Source: a virus
Taxonomy: Duplodnaviria; Caudoviricetes
Length of the DNA: 34,276 nt
IMG/VR virus record: IMGVR_UViG_3300037440_000173
Span: 1-34,276 of that record
Reading direction: 5' to 3' (one strand)
The notes beneath the pieces were generated by a model. That model was not told where the DNA came from. It made no database searches and saw only the letters and a program-made list of their open reading frames with translations. Made by a program: the position numbers and the translations under genes. This document shows, piece by piece, positions 23,937 through 33,844 of the stretch (its first letter is position 1; every line of letters begins with the position of its first letter).

Positions 23937-24023
23937 ATGTTCATCGAGATCCTGATCGGCTTGGTAGCGATCATCTGCCTTGACGCGGCCCGTCAGTGGC
24001 TGCGCGAAGCACCCATCGTCTAG
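23937..24023 (+). CDS. 28-aa hydrophobic peptide with its own promoter, opposite to the late operon
   Basis: TTGTCA-N17-CATAGT (23885-23913), AAGGGGG RBS, MFIEILIGLVAIICLDAARQWLREAPIV. Confidence 0.55.
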   Translation: MFIEILIGLVAIICLDAARQWLREAPIV

Positions 24024-24436
24024 AGCCGGTTGAACGCCTGCTCAATCGCCGTACCGACCGCGTTCACGACCTGCCGCTCGTTGGCGCGCACCGCCCGGAT
24101 GAAGAACGGCCGCGTCGGCTGATTCACCCACGCCGGGCCGCCGAACACCGGGTGTCGGTTGAACGCGCCCCGGTTCCCGAACTCCAACGGCCGAGCATGC
24201 GGTGCCTTGCCCGCATCGACCAGCACCTGCACACCCGCGCTACGCGCACCGAAGCCGACCTTCGTACGGGTCGCGGCGGGGATCCGTGTCGACCACGACG
24301 CATTCGACCGGATGTCTCGCACCAACACGTCCGCCGACTTCTTGATCTCTCGGCGTAGCGGCGGGCGTAGTTCGCGGGGGAAGTGCCGCAACTGGTCGGC
24401 GAACGCCTTGATCTCGGTGCCGTCGATGATGATCAC
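24020..24436 (-). CDS. HK97 gp10-like tail completion/neck protein
   Basis: APHARPLEFG...QPTRPFFIRAV; GTG at 24436 overlaps the upstream stop. Confidence 0.8.
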   Translation of the reverse strand: MIIIDGTEIKAFADQLRHFPRELRPPLRREIKKSADVLVRDIRSNASWSTRIPAATRTKVGFGARSAGVQVLVDAGKAPHARPLEFGNRGAFNRHPVFGGPAWVNQPTRPFFIRAVRANERQVVNAVGTAIEQAFNRL

Positions 24437-24897
24437 GGCGCGTGCACCTCCACCGTGATCGCGAAGTCGACCTGCAGTGTGGCGCGGGCCGCCGAATCGG
24501 CTGTCGACTGCTGAATCTCCGGGTACCACTGCGCCGTCGGAGCCAGCCACGCATCGAGCGCAAACCCGCCCAGTTTCAAATCCGCGGCCAACGCGACCCG
24601 CAGACTGTCCAGTAATGTGTTGAGCTCGGCGCGCTTGGAGACGAACTCCATGTTGCCGTCCCACTTGGCCGCCGTACACTGCACGGTGATCGTCTCGATC
24701 GTGGCGTCCAGCCCACCCTCGTCCTCGTCGACCGTCGCAGTGTAGGCCGGCGTCCCGATCTGCGGGTTGAACCCGATGAACAGCATCAGCCCGTCAAGCG
24801 AGGTCTTGCCGTTCCAGCCGTCCAGCACCTGCACACCCGGTAGCGCGTCCTGGGCGAGCTCGACGAGCGCCAGCAGCGTCCGGTCGATTGCGGTCAT
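24433..24897 (-). CDS. putative tail terminator
   Basis: ATG at 24897 with ATGA overlap; synteny; LAADLKLGG. Confidence 0.65.
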   Translation of the reverse strand: MTAIDRTLLALVELAQDALPGVQVLDGWNGKTSLDGLMLFIGFNPQIGTPAYTATVDEDEGGLDATIETITVQCTAAKWDGNMEFVSKRAELNTLLDSLRVALAADLKLGGFALDAWLAPTAQWYPEIQQSTADSAARATLQVDFAITVEVHAP

Positions 24898-25475
24898 GCC
24901 GCACCGATCGGGCAGTGCGGCGTCAACAGGTGCGCGGCACGGTTCGGGATCAGATACCCGGCCGCCGGGCGCCACGAATCCTCAGCGTCCTGGCTACCGA
25001 TGAACCGGTTCGTCGTCGGACCCTGCTGCGTCTGCCAAATGTGGCCGGCGATGATGAGCACACCCAGTTTCAGTGACTCCTCGACGTCATCAACCGTGCC
25101 GCGTCCAGCAGTGAACACCACTGTGTAGTCACCGGGCGACAGATAGCCGTTGAGCAGTTGCACTACGCCGCGACGAGTGTTCACATCCAGCTCGTCTGTC
25201 ACGTACTGCTGCTCGGTGCGGATGTTCGTGGCCGAGGTGACCGACACAATCGGGGCACGGGGAAGATACAGTCGACCCTCACGCGCCCTCACGCGCTCCG
25301 TGAAGGCCCGGGTAACGATGGGGCCTACCGCAAGCCGACCCCGCGGCGCCCAGCCCTCTGCGGCCTCTGTGGCGGCCTCCAAGACCGCCGTCAGCTCGTT
25401 CTGCTCCTGCGCGCTGGCGCCCTTGTCCAGATAGGCCAGCAGATCGTCCACCGTCGCCGGGGTCGGTGTAGCCAT
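24894..25475 (-). CDS. head-to-tail adaptor
   Basis: TVDDLLAYL...VVFTAG...LKLGVLIIAGHIWQTQ. Confidence 0.8.
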   Translation of the reverse strand: MATPTPATVDDLLAYLDKGASAQEQNELTAVLEAATEAAEGWAPRGRLAVGPIVTRAFTERVRAREGRLYLPRAPIVSVTSATNIRTEQQYVTDELDVNTRRGVVQLLNGYLSPGDYTVVFTAGRGTVDDVEESLKLGVLIIAGHIWQTQQGPTTNRFIGSQDAEDSWRPAAGYLIPNRAAHLLTPHCPIGAA

Positions 25476-26131
25476 CAGCGCACCTCCCCAGCAGGCTTAC
25501 GGAACGTGACCATCTTCGATTCACCCAACCCGGCCACCAACGGCACCGGATCGGACCTGCCCAGCCAATCGCGCATGGCGTCGATCACCAGCGGGAAGTC
25601 GCCGTCTTGAGACACCACGCAACCACCGGGGGTGACCAGCGGCCACAGACTGTCGAGGCAGGTGCGGGTCGACGCGGCCAGGTCACAGTCCAGATACGCA
25701 GCGGCCACCGGCTCAGCGAACCCCGGCATGGTGTCGGCGAACCAGCCGGGCACGTATCGCACCACTTGCGGCACGCCGTAGCGCTCCACCGTAGCTTGCA
25801 CCTGTTCGAGCGAGCCGGCGAACGCCCCACCGCGGAACAGGTTGCGGATGTCCTTGCCTGCGGTCGTCTTCACGTGCTGCTCGTCGTTCGGCGGCAGGCC
25901 CTCGAACGAATCGAACACCACCAGCTCACGCCCCAGCGCCGCGGCTAGGTGGGACAGCTTCGCGGTGGACGATCCTTGGTAGGCACCGCACTCGACGAGC
26001 ACGCCGTCCACCGAGGCGTCAAGCACCGCGTCGACGAACGTGTTGATGTGCCACCACCGATGTGGACCGGGCGCGTCGACCGACCTGATACGCCGTTCCA
26101 GGTCGTGCCGGTCAACCAGCAGGCCGGTCAC
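25475..26131 (-). CDS. TylF/MycF/NovP-family O-methyltransferase
   Basis: VECGAYQGSS, FDSFEGLP, GWFADTMP, YLDCDL and LVTPGG. Start reassigned to GTG 26131. Confidence 0.88.
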   Translation of the reverse strand: MTGLLVDRHDLERRIRSVDAPGPHRWWHINTFVDAVLDASVDGVLVECGAYQGSSTAKLSHLAAALGRELVVFDSFEGLPPNDEQHVKTTAGKDIRNLFRGGAFAGSLEQVQATVERYGVPQVVRYVPGWFADTMPGFAEPVAAAYLDCDLAASTRTCLDSLWPLVTPGGCVVSQDGDFPLVIDAMRDWLGRSDPVPLVAGLGESKMVTFRKPAGEVR

Positions 26132-27962
26132 GCTCGGAGGTCCGCTCCAGGCACGGCGGATCCGCGTCCCACCGCCACGACTTCTTCGGCGTCTTCCAAT
26201 CCGGGCCGTAGTGCGCCACCAGGTAGTCCTCAGCCGGGCATGGGATCCGCACCTGGCGGCCGTGGAACTCGGCGATGGTGAACTTGTCGAACACATGAGC
26301 CGGGAACACGTACCGGTACTTGTCCCCACCCAGCAGGAAGAACACCCGCTCGCCGTCGCGTTCGTGGGCGTGCAGATCCACCGACACCCGGTCACGCATC
26401 AGCTTGAAATCGTTCGCCGGCAGCCGCCACCAGCGCGCCTCGATGAACGCCCGCCCGACGCTCTCCAGGTCCTCGGCCCAGAATCCCAGGTCAACGTCCG
26501 GGTCGGTCGACAAGAAACCGCCCTCGCGGACGTGACCCAGCACCGCACCGTCGGAGATCCACCACGTCACCCCGGCCGCGTCCAGCACATCGGCCGCGGC
26601 TTGGAACGCGTCGACCTGTGGGCTCACCGCAGCCATCCGCTCCGCAAACAGCGCCTCGTCGGCGTCGCTGCGCTCCAACTCGGCACCGCGCACCCCCTCC
26701 ACGCGTGCACCCAGCGCCATCGCCCACACGTCCCGCTGCTTCGCCGCAGTGACGATCTCCTCAAACACGAACCCCAGCGACGAGTAGCCCTCATGGCATA
26801 CCACGCCCGGCTCGCCCCACGACGCGCCACGCTCGAGCACATAGGAGCGGCGGATCAGCAAGTTGTCCGAATAGTGACCTGCGGTTGACCTGTCCGTGAC
26901 CAGATCGTTCGTTCCGACCACGGCATACCGGTCCTCGGCGATGCCCTGCACGTGGTCCAGCCAGCCGGGGTGGAAACTCGCGTGCTCGCGGGCTACGAAC
27001 ACCCACGGCTCCGACGTGGCCGCGAACCCGGCGTTGATGCGCTGCGCGTCCGAGGCGAACCCGTCGCCGATGATCAGGTCGGCGCCGGCCTCTTTCCACG
27101 CCCGCTCGGCCTCGTCCTCGTCGGGGCCAACCACCGCGTACACCGTCGCCAGCGACGTCGTCGCCCGCACCGAAGACACCAACTCGGCGGCACGGTCGAA
27201 CACGCCGCCGGGAACCAGTACCGCCGTTCGCTCGGTCGCCGGTGGCGCCACCGCGAACGACCAGTAGTCCTGCTCCTGTAACCACAGGCGCTTCAGGTGG
27301 CTGGTCTTCACGCCGGTGTGCACGAACAGCGGAATGTTCACCGCCTGCGCCCGCAGGCAGAACGACAGGTCCTCGCCGAACAGCTTGCCCGTCTTCGGGT
27401 TCGGGATCCGCTCGTACCAGATCGGGCCGAACTCGTCCGCGATCCGCTGAAACACCGACCTGTGGATCAGGATGCACGCCGCGCCCGTGCCGGCGCACTG
27501 CACCACCGTGTTGATCGGGTAGCGGGTGCGGGACACGAAGCCGACGTGCTGCTCGGTCTGGATGAAGTCGAACACCGTCACCCGCGGCTCGCAGTGGAAC
27601 CCGCCCAGGCCGTCCGGCGCGGTTTCCTTCTGTGCGAAACACAACCCGCCGACGATCGGCCGGGTGACCGGGTCAGCCACCTCGACCAGCCGGTCGATGG
27701 TGTCCGGGGCGAACCCCATGTCGGTGTCGATCCAGAACAGCCACTCCGAGTCGGTGCACTCCTCGAGGAACCGCGCCGCGGCCTCGTTGCGGGCCGCCAC
27801 CAGGCCGCCTGAACCGTACTTGACGGCCAGCCGGCCGCCTCGCATGATCCGGCCCTCGTGGCCGAAGTCCCAGCCGATCAGCTCGACCAGGCTGGCGTGC
27901 CACGAATGGGCAACCTCGTCGGGGTGAACGTAGGCGAGGGTGACCGCGTCCTCACTCGTCAC
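26112..27962 (-). CDS. three-domain protein: GT-A glycosyltransferase, degenerate GT-A, LicD-like nucleotidyltransferase
   Basis: ARN...WLFWIDTDMGF...GEDLSFC; second FHPGWL/VVGTND domain lacking DxD; DGAVLGHVREGGFLSTDPDVDLG...YLVAHYGPDWKTP. Start reassigned to GTG 27962. Confidence 0.85.
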   Translation of the reverse strand: MTSEDAVTLAYVHPDEVAHSWHASLVELIGWDFGHEGRIMRGGRLAVKYGSGGLVAARNEAAARFLEECTDSEWLFWIDTDMGFAPDTIDRLVEVADPVTRPIVGGLCFAQKETAPDGLGGFHCEPRVTVFDFIQTEQHVGFVSRTRYPINTVVQCAGTGAACILIHRSVFQRIADEFGPIWYERIPNPKTGKLFGEDLSFCLRAQAVNIPLFVHTGVKTSHLKRLWLQEQDYWSFAVAPPATERTAVLVPGGVFDRAAELVSSVRATTSLATVYAVVGPDEDEAERAWKEAGADLIIGDGFASDAQRINAGFAATSEPWVFVAREHASFHPGWLDHVQGIAEDRYAVVGTNDLVTDRSTAGHYSDNLLIRRSYVLERGASWGEPGVVCHEGYSSLGFVFEEIVTAAKQRDVWAMALGARVEGVRGAELERSDADEALFAERMAAVSPQVDAFQAAADVLDAAGVTWWISDGAVLGHVREGGFLSTDPDVDLGFWAEDLESVGRAFIEARWWRLPANDFKLMRDRVSVDLHAHERDGERVFFLLGGDKYRYVFPAHVFDKFTIAEFHGRQVRIPCPAEDYLVAHYGPDWKTPKKSWRWDADPPCLERTSERDRPAG

Positions 27963-28260
27963 CGGCGTCGCCTTCCGGCGCAACCTCCTGCTGCTGTTCA
28001 GACTCAGGTGGCGACTCGGCGCGCTTGCGGGGTCGCCTGGTGGCGCGACGCTCACCGGGGGCGCGGGTCGCCTGCTCCACCGGCGCCTCACGCTCGGCGA
28101 TCTGCTGCCGCGACAACGTCGTGCGCACAATCCTCGGCGTATCAGTGAACAGGTCCGGCCGCCGCTTCACCAGCGGGTCGTCGGCGTACCACGCCTCACC
28201 CTCCCGCAATTGCACGGACGAGCTGACCCACACAGTCGCCTTCGCGTACACGAGGTTCAT
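27952..28260 (-). CDS. small post-capsid hypothetical protein
   Basis: AGGAG RBS; WYADDPLVKRRPDLF...VEQATRAPGERR. Confidence 0.75.
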   Translation of the reverse strand: MNLVYAKATVWVSSSVQLREGEAWYADDPLVKRRPDLFTDTPRIVRTTLSRQQIAEREAPVEQATRAPGERRATRRPRKRAESPPESEQQQEVAPEGDAGDE

Positions 28261-28294
28261 CTCAACTCCTAGGTATGGCGGCTCGCGGATGGTT

Positions 28295-28335
28295 TCCCCT
28301 GGCCGCCCGGCCGCCACGACAGGACGGCCAGGGGA
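28295..28335 (-). terminator. hairpin after the major capsid gene
   Basis: tcccctggccg / cggccagggga inverted repeat. Confidence 0.55.
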
Positions 28336-28344
28336 TCGGTAGTG

Positions 28345-29835
28345 CTACTGGTTCTGGAGCAGGCGGAACGCGCTGGCGTTCACGACGTTGCCGCCGATCC
28401 GGGCCCAGGCGAACCAGCCGCGCTGCCCGGTCGGGCGGTTGTTGGTCGTGCCGAAGATGTGCGGCACCAGCTCCACCGACATGCCGCCACGGCGGGCGAT
28501 CACGTAGTTGGAGAAGTCGCCGACCACGAGCCGGTTCTCCTTGGTCGTGGCCCCGGTGAAGTCCGGGAAGTACGGCGACTCGTACACGGCCTTGCCGAAC
28601 AGCGTGTCCGCCCACTCGGCCGGCAGATTCTCGGTGTAGGCGTGGTACACGTTCGCCGTGCCGAACTGCCGGATCCGGTTGTTCACGTCGACGCTCATCA
28701 TCCACGACGCGCGGCGGCGGTACTTCTGCGGAAGTTCCTTCCACACCTTGTACACGTCGGCGTCCTGGAACACCCCGTCGGAGGTCCCTACCACCTCGAC
28801 GTTGGTGTTCGCGTCCAGGGCGGTCAGGATGCCCGTCGGCTCGTTCGACGCCGAACCGCCGCCGACGGAGAACTTCTGCACCAGAAGCTCGTCGTAGCCC
28901 TCGGACAGCAGACGCGACATCTCGTCGGCGAACATCGGGTAATCCATTCCGACCTCGAGGCTGTACGGGATGAACCCGCGCGCCGTCTCGATCGGCACGG
29001 TCGGCTGAGCCAGGGTCGGAGAGTTGTCCGTGACCTCTGCGGCCTCGGCCTGGAACGCCCACGACACGCCGGCCGCGCTGACGCCCTTCCACTCCGAGGT
29101 GTTCACCGTCACCTGGCGGCAGATCGTCAGGAACGGGTTCCCCGACTCCTGGTCCGTCAGGATGATCGACGGGTCGATGAACACCGGCACGCCGTAGCCG
29201 CCCTCGCCGTTGGTCAGCGACATGGCCCGGTACTCGTCGTACGCGTCCATGGCCCGCTGCTCGTCCTCGTTGAGCCGCGGGTGAGGCTGGGTGGACATCT
29301 TCATCCACGCCGAACGATAGGCGTCGTTCTCGGTGACGATGATCCGGCGGGACAGGCCGGGGTCGCGGCGGATCTGCCGCTCCACGTGGTCCATCGCCGA
29401 CGCCGACAGGGACGCCTTGACGTCGCGGCTGTCGAGAATCTTCAGGGCGCGGTCGCGGGCCTCTGGGTTGGTGAGCCGGCGAACCTCGGTGGACTCGTCC
29501 ATGCCGTACCGGATGTTCGTCAGCGCCTGCTTCACAGCCTGCGGCTTACGGCGGAACACCTCCTGGATGTTCCGGTGCTCATCGAGCCGGTCCATGGCCG
29601 CGTCGCGGAGCTTCAGGCCGTAGTCGAACGCCTTCTGCTCGTCCTCGGTCTTGTCCCGCAGCTCGCCCTCGTCGGTCTGGTGGATCGAGCGCAGATGCGC
29701 GTCGAGCACCTTAACGAACGCGTCGAGCTCGTCGGGGGTCTTGCCGCGGAGCTCATCGAACCCGGTGTCTCCGAGCGCGGACAGATCCTTGCCGCGGAGC
29801 TCGTCGGGAATGGTGACAGTGGGTGTATCGGTCAT
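28345..29835 (-). CDS. major capsid protein (HK97 fold, with N-terminal delta-like region)
   Basis: EGGYGVPVFIDPSII, GDFSNYVIARRGG and GQRGWFAWARIGG. Confidence 0.93.
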   Translation of the reverse strand: MTDTPTVTIPDELRGKDLSALGDTGFDELRGKTPDELDAFVKVLDAHLRSIHQTDEGELRDKTEDEQKAFDYGLKLRDAAMDRLDEHRNIQEVFRRKPQAVKQALTNIRYGMDESTEVRRLTNPEARDRALKILDSRDVKASLSASAMDHVERQIRRDPGLSRRIIVTENDAYRSAWMKMSTQPHPRLNEDEQRAMDAYDEYRAMSLTNGEGGYGVPVFIDPSIILTDQESGNPFLTICRQVTVNTSEWKGVSAAGVSWAFQAEAAEVTDNSPTLAQPTVPIETARGFIPYSLEVGMDYPMFADEMSRLLSEGYDELLVQKFSVGGGSASNEPTGILTALDANTNVEVVGTSDGVFQDADVYKVWKELPQKYRRRASWMMSVDVNNRIRQFGTANVYHAYTENLPAEWADTLFGKAVYESPYFPDFTGATTKENRLVVGDFSNYVIARRGGMSVELVPHIFGTTNNRPTGQRGWFAWARIGGNVVNASAFRLLQNQ

Positions 29836-30605
29836 CTCAGAATCCTTCTGAGTCGTAGCTCCCCGTCGTCGAGAAGCTGTTTGGATGTGGGGATGTTCGA
29901 CGCTTCGCCTTCCCTCGGCTCCGCGTCAGGGTCACCGCCACCCGCGCTCCGCGCGCCGGGCCGCCCGGTGAGGTCTGGGATCTTCACGCCCGCGGCGCGC
30001 ACCGCAGCCTCGAAGGCGCCGGTGTCCCGCTGCCGCAGGCGCTCGTAGTAGCTGTCTGTCATGCACCGCAGGCCCGCCGTGGCATCCGGGTTCGCCGGGA
30101 ACGTCACCGGGCCGAACTCCATCAGCCGAACCTTCGTGATCGTCCGCTCCGGCAGGCCGCGCGGGTTGTGATCCGCCGTGCCGGGTTCGTCGTCCCACTC
30201 CTCGCCGGTCACCCGGAACCGGAACGACGAGCCGTACACCCCGGCGTCCAGGCCGGGCAGCAGGTCGCGGTTGTAGCTGGTGTCGAACAGCGGCACCACA
30301 CCCACCGGCGAGTCCGGCTCCTCGCGCAGGTCGCTGATCTGCCCGAGCACCTTGTCGCCGATCTGCGGGTCGAAGCCGTGATTGAACAGCGTCTTGATCG
30401 AGTCGCGGTCCTCACGGATCGTCTCGGCGAACGCGCCCCGCTGGGTGCGCTCCAAAAACTCGCCCTCCCAGAACGAGTCGATCTCGTACCAGGTGTCGAA
30501 CGTGGAGAACCGCACCTCCATCGTCGGCATGCCGCCGTCGGCGTCAGCGCGAAGCTCCATCCGTGGCGGCGCGGCCCGCACCAGGTCAATCTGAGGTGCC
30601 TTCAC
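29832..30605 (-). CDS. HK97-family prohead protease
   Basis: FLER..RGAF, LFNHG, GSSFRF and EFGPVTFPA. Probable start GTG 30605. Confidence 0.92.
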   Translation of the reverse strand: MKAPQIDLVRAAPPRMELRADADGGMPTMEVRFSTFDTWYEIDSFWEGEFLERTQRGAFAETIREDRDSIKTLFNHGFDPQIGDKVLGQISDLREEPDSPVGVVPLFDTSYNRDLLPGLDAGVYGSSFRFRVTGEEWDDEPGTADHNPRGLPERTITKVRLMEFGPVTFPANPDATAGLRCMTDSYYERLRQRDTGAFEAAVRAAGVKIPDLTGRPGARSAGGGDPDAEPREGEASNIPTSKQLLDDGELRLRRILR

Positions 30606-31995
30606 TGCCCTCTCCGTTCTGCCCACTGCCCAACGTGGATCCGGGCGGCTGCAACTGCACCGACACCAAGCCGGTGTGCTCGAGCAGCTTCACGTCCTGC
30701 GCGTTCGTCGCCGCCACAGCAGACTCCGGGGTGAACCCCTCCCGCACGTACTGCGTGATGGTCTGCGACTTGATCTGCTCGATCTCCGCGGCGTCCTTGC
30801 CATCCTCACGCAGCAGCGGAATGTCGACCGTGTCGAACCACAGCTCGGCGTCATCCGGCACATCCACGATCTGCGCCAGCGTGCCCGCCACGTCCTGCAA
30901 CGTCGGGTACAGCCACGTGTCGGCGAACATGCGGCGAGCCATACCGAAGTTCCCGGCGTTCAACGCCGAGCCGGCCAGCCCCTCCGAGATCCCCAGCAGC
31001 GCCGCCGGCACCCGACCCACCAGCGAGATCCGCGTCTCACCCGCGCCCTGGGTCTGCTTGAAGTCGATCTGCTTCAGGTCCGCGCCCACCACCGTCGCGT
31101 CCGCGCCGGCCACCAGATACAGCGTCCGGTAGGCGTTCGACAAGCCGGTGTGCCGCTCCTCCAGCATGTCCACCATGTCGTTGAACTGCTCTTGGGTCAC
31201 CGCCGGCAGGCCCTTGACCACCATGTTCGGGGTGGCGCCGTTGCGGAAGAAGTTCAGCTTGTGCTCGGTCGCAGCGGAGTCGCCCTGGATCTCCCGCAGC
31301 GTCGCGGTCACCCACGACTGGCCCATCTCCGGGATCTCCGGGTCCGGGATCGGCGACCAGTGCGCCACATCCGACGGCAGCAACGTCACCGGCTCAGAGT
31401 TGTTACCGGCCCGCAGCCCGCCGTTCTGGTACACGTAGCCCAGCAGCTCGGCGTCCAGCGCGCCCGCCGGGTCGTCCGGCTCCAGCTCCGACCCGAACAG
31501 CACACCCGTCCAGTCCGGGCGGATCACCCGCAGCCGGTTCGGCTGGCGCACCGTGAACGCGTTGCCCGCCAGCCCGGCGTGCCATTCCATGCGAGACAGC
31601 AACTCGCCCGTCGACGCGCCCGGCCACGGACGTTCCAACAGCCGCAGCCGCGACGAACCGAATACCCGGCGCGGGGTGCGATGCCACGGCGGGTTCCTGT
31701 ACACGAACCGGGCCTGCGACATCACCATCGCCCGCACCATCTGCGCGGCGAACGCCGGCGGCGAAGACCGCAGCGCAGCCGAATACCCGGGCAGGGTCGA
31801 CGGGATCTGCTGCACCCGCTGCCGGTCGTACGTCTGGTTCAGCCCGTACGTGTACTGGTTGCCGCCGTAGCCGAACTGGCCGACTGATGGGATCAGATAG
31901 TCGCTGATCCACTGGTCGACCGAGAACCGGCGCTCGGCGCCACCGACCGCGGCCTCGCGTTCGGCGGCGATGCGCTCGATAAGTCCTGCCGCCAC
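30586..31995 (-). CDS. portal protein
   Basis: LAGNAF, FFRNGATP and VPAALLG; synteny. Confidence 0.92.
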   Translation of the reverse strand: MAAGLIERIAAEREAAVGGAERRFSVDQWISDYLIPSVGQFGYGGNQYTYGLNQTYDRQRVQQIPSTLPGYSAALRSSPPAFAAQMVRAMVMSQARFVYRNPPWHRTPRRVFGSSRLRLLERPWPGASTGELLSRMEWHAGLAGNAFTVRQPNRLRVIRPDWTGVLFGSELEPDDPAGALDAELLGYVYQNGGLRAGNNSEPVTLLPSDVAHWSPIPDPEIPEMGQSWVTATLREIQGDSAATEHKLNFFRNGATPNMVVKGLPAVTQEQFNDMVDMLEERHTGLSNAYRTLYLVAGADATVVGADLKQIDFKQTQGAGETRISLVGRVPAALLGISEGLAGSALNAGNFGMARRMFADTWLYPTLQDVAGTLAQIVDVPDDAELWFDTVDIPLLREDGKDAAEIEQIKSQTITQYVREGFTPESAVAATNAQDVKLLEHTGLVSVQLQPPGSTLGSGQNGEGSEGTSD

Positions 31996-31997
31996 AT

Positions 31998-32228
31998 TCA
32001 GCCGCCCTTACGCACCATGGAAGACGAGGCGCGGCCCTCTTTCCAACCGACCTTCACCGCCACCGCCGACCACGCCACCGCGAACCACACGGCCGTGAAC
32101 AGCTTTGCCGCCACCCAACCGACCGCGTACAGCAGCGCCGCAAGCAGCGTCACCACAGTGCGGCCCACCTGAATGTCGCGGGCCTCGACGGTGATCCGAT
32201 CGACGGGGACTCGGTCAAGAACTGCCAT
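31998..32228 (-). CDS. small membrane protein between terminase and portal
   Basis: AGGAG RBS before ATG 32228; long hydrophobic segment. Confidence 0.7.
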   Translation of the reverse strand: MAVLDRVPVDRITVEARDIQVGRTVVTLLAALLYAVGWVAAKLFTAVWFAVAWSAVAVKVGWKEGRASSSMVRKGG

Positions 32229-32236
32229 TGCGTCTC

Positions 32237-33844
32237 CTATCGCCAAGCCCCGAAGAACGGCTGCTCCTGCCCGACCAGGCCGTGTTCGATCGCGTGAGCC
32301 CGCGCCTCGTGCGCCAGCACGGCGGCCACAGCGGCGTCGATGAGCAGCCCATCGCCGCGCTTGGCCATCTTCAGGTAGTGGGTGGTCAACGTCTCGTCCT
32401 CGCCGGGCCGGGGCTTCTTCTTCGAGCCCTTCACAAGCACTGCGTTCTTCGCATGCCGGGTCAGCGCGTCATGCGGCGCGTACGTGATCTCACCGGCGCC
32501 GAACGAGGTGGTGAACCGCTCAATCGCCCGGTCCATCCGCTGCTCGACATTCGTCGGGAACTCCACCACCCGCTGCTCACCGAACGCGGCCACCCAGTTG
32601 TCTAAATAGTCCTGCCACCGGTACGGGTCGGCGAACATGCACGCCACGTTGTATAGCTCGAAGGTGTCCCGCAGCACCCGGTCGACCTCGGCGGTCGGAA
32701 CCTTCCAGTCCGGGCCTTCGGACTCGCCGCGCTCCCAGACCCGCACCACGAACAGCCGGCCGTCCGAGATCCGCGAGGCGATCAACGCGGTGGCGTCCCG
32801 GTACTTCGACCCGTCGAAACCGAGGGCGACCGGCACACCCTTGCTCAGCGCCTCGTCGTCCTTGGCCTGCAAGTCCCAGCGCAGCGGGTCCACGAACACC
32901 GACTGGCCGACAACGATCTCGTTGAGGAAGAACCGGCGCCGGTCCGCCTCCAGATGCCGAGCCGATCGACACTCGCCCATGATCCGGCCCTTAATGTTCA
33001 CCCAGCCGCCGCGCTCGCGCGCCGAGTCGCCGTACTGCCGCAACAACTCGCGGTACAGCGCCTCGTCGTCCGACAACTCCTCGACCCGGACCGATTCGAC
33101 CGTGTCCACGAACACGTCCCGGTCCGACGATTCTGCCGTGACCTGCGCCTCCGAACCCTCCGTCGGATCGTAGGCGTTCGTCAACTCCAGCCAGCGCCCG
33201 TCCATGCCGGCCACATTTCGCTTCACCGCGCCGCACACCCGGCGGTAGCCGCCCTGCAAGGTGAACAGATGCGACTCGGTGATCGTCACGAACGTCATCG
33301 GCGCACCGAGGCGGGCCTTCGCCGACGTCGTCGCCGGCTCAAGCTTCCCACCCGACGCCAGATCCACCTTCGTCTGGCCGACCTCGCGCACCTCGGGCAG
33401 ATCCAGGATCGGGCCAAGCCGGGCCATCGCCAACAACGGACGCCACGTGTTGTCCGTCTGATCCTCCGACGTACCCAGGCACACGATCAGCGGCGTCGGA
33501 TACGGCGCCCCCACCGGATCGCCGGCCGCGTTCCAGCCGTCGAACCGGGTCGGGCCCAACGCCTCAGCCCAGCAGATCGCCGCCCCGAACGGGTCCTTCC
33601 CCCACTTCTGCGACCGCCGCAACTGACCACCCGTATGCGACAACCCGACCGGCCCCGGCCACGGCTCAGCCTCCGTGTCAAGCCGGTAGAACTGCAGCAG
33701 AAACCGCCACATCTCGTCCGTCAGTACGTACGGCTTGCCCTGCCGGTAGCCATCCGGGATGACGCAATGATGCTCGACCCACTCGCCGACGTCGTAACCC
33801 AGCGTCGGGTACTCGCCCTCGTGCTCAGGGCCGCGCCACGGCAC
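32237..33844 (-). CDS. terL: terminase large subunit
   Basis: Walker A-like RRSQKWGKD, Walker B-like VTITESH, nuclease motifs LGFDGS..RD and IDAAVAAVLA. Confidence 0.92.
   Translation of the reverse strand: MPWRGPEHEGEYPTLGYDVGEWVEHHCVIPDGYRQGKPYVLTDEMWRFLLQFYRLDTEAEPWPGPVGLSHTGGQLRRSQKWGKDPFGAAICWAEALGPTRFDGWNAAGDPVGAPYPTPLIVCLGTSEDQTDNTWRPLLAMARLGPILDLPEVREVGQTKVDLASGGKLEPATTSAKARLGAPMTFVTITESHLFTLQGGYRRVCGAVKRNVAGMDGRWLELTNAYDPTEGSEAQVTAESSDRDVFVDTVESVRVEELSDDEALYRELLRQYGDSARERGGWVNIKGRIMGECRSARHLEADRRRFFLNEIVVGQSVFVDPLRWDLQAKDDEALSKGVPVALGFDGSKYRDATALIASRISDGRLFVVRVWERGESEGPDWKVPTAEVDRVLRDTFELYNVACMFADPYRWQDYLDNWVAAFGEQRVVEFPTNVEQRMDRAIERFTTSFGAGEITYAPHDALTRHAKNAVLVKGSKKKPRPGEDETLTTHYLKMAKRGDGLLIDAAVAAVLAHEARAHAIEHGLVGQEQPFFGAWR

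Noticed and set aside
29740-29802. Short duplication in the capsid N-terminus (DELRGK twice; cttgccgcggagctc)
   Set aside because: It is real but a small in-frame duplication in a probably cleaved scaffold region, with no sign of a separate function.
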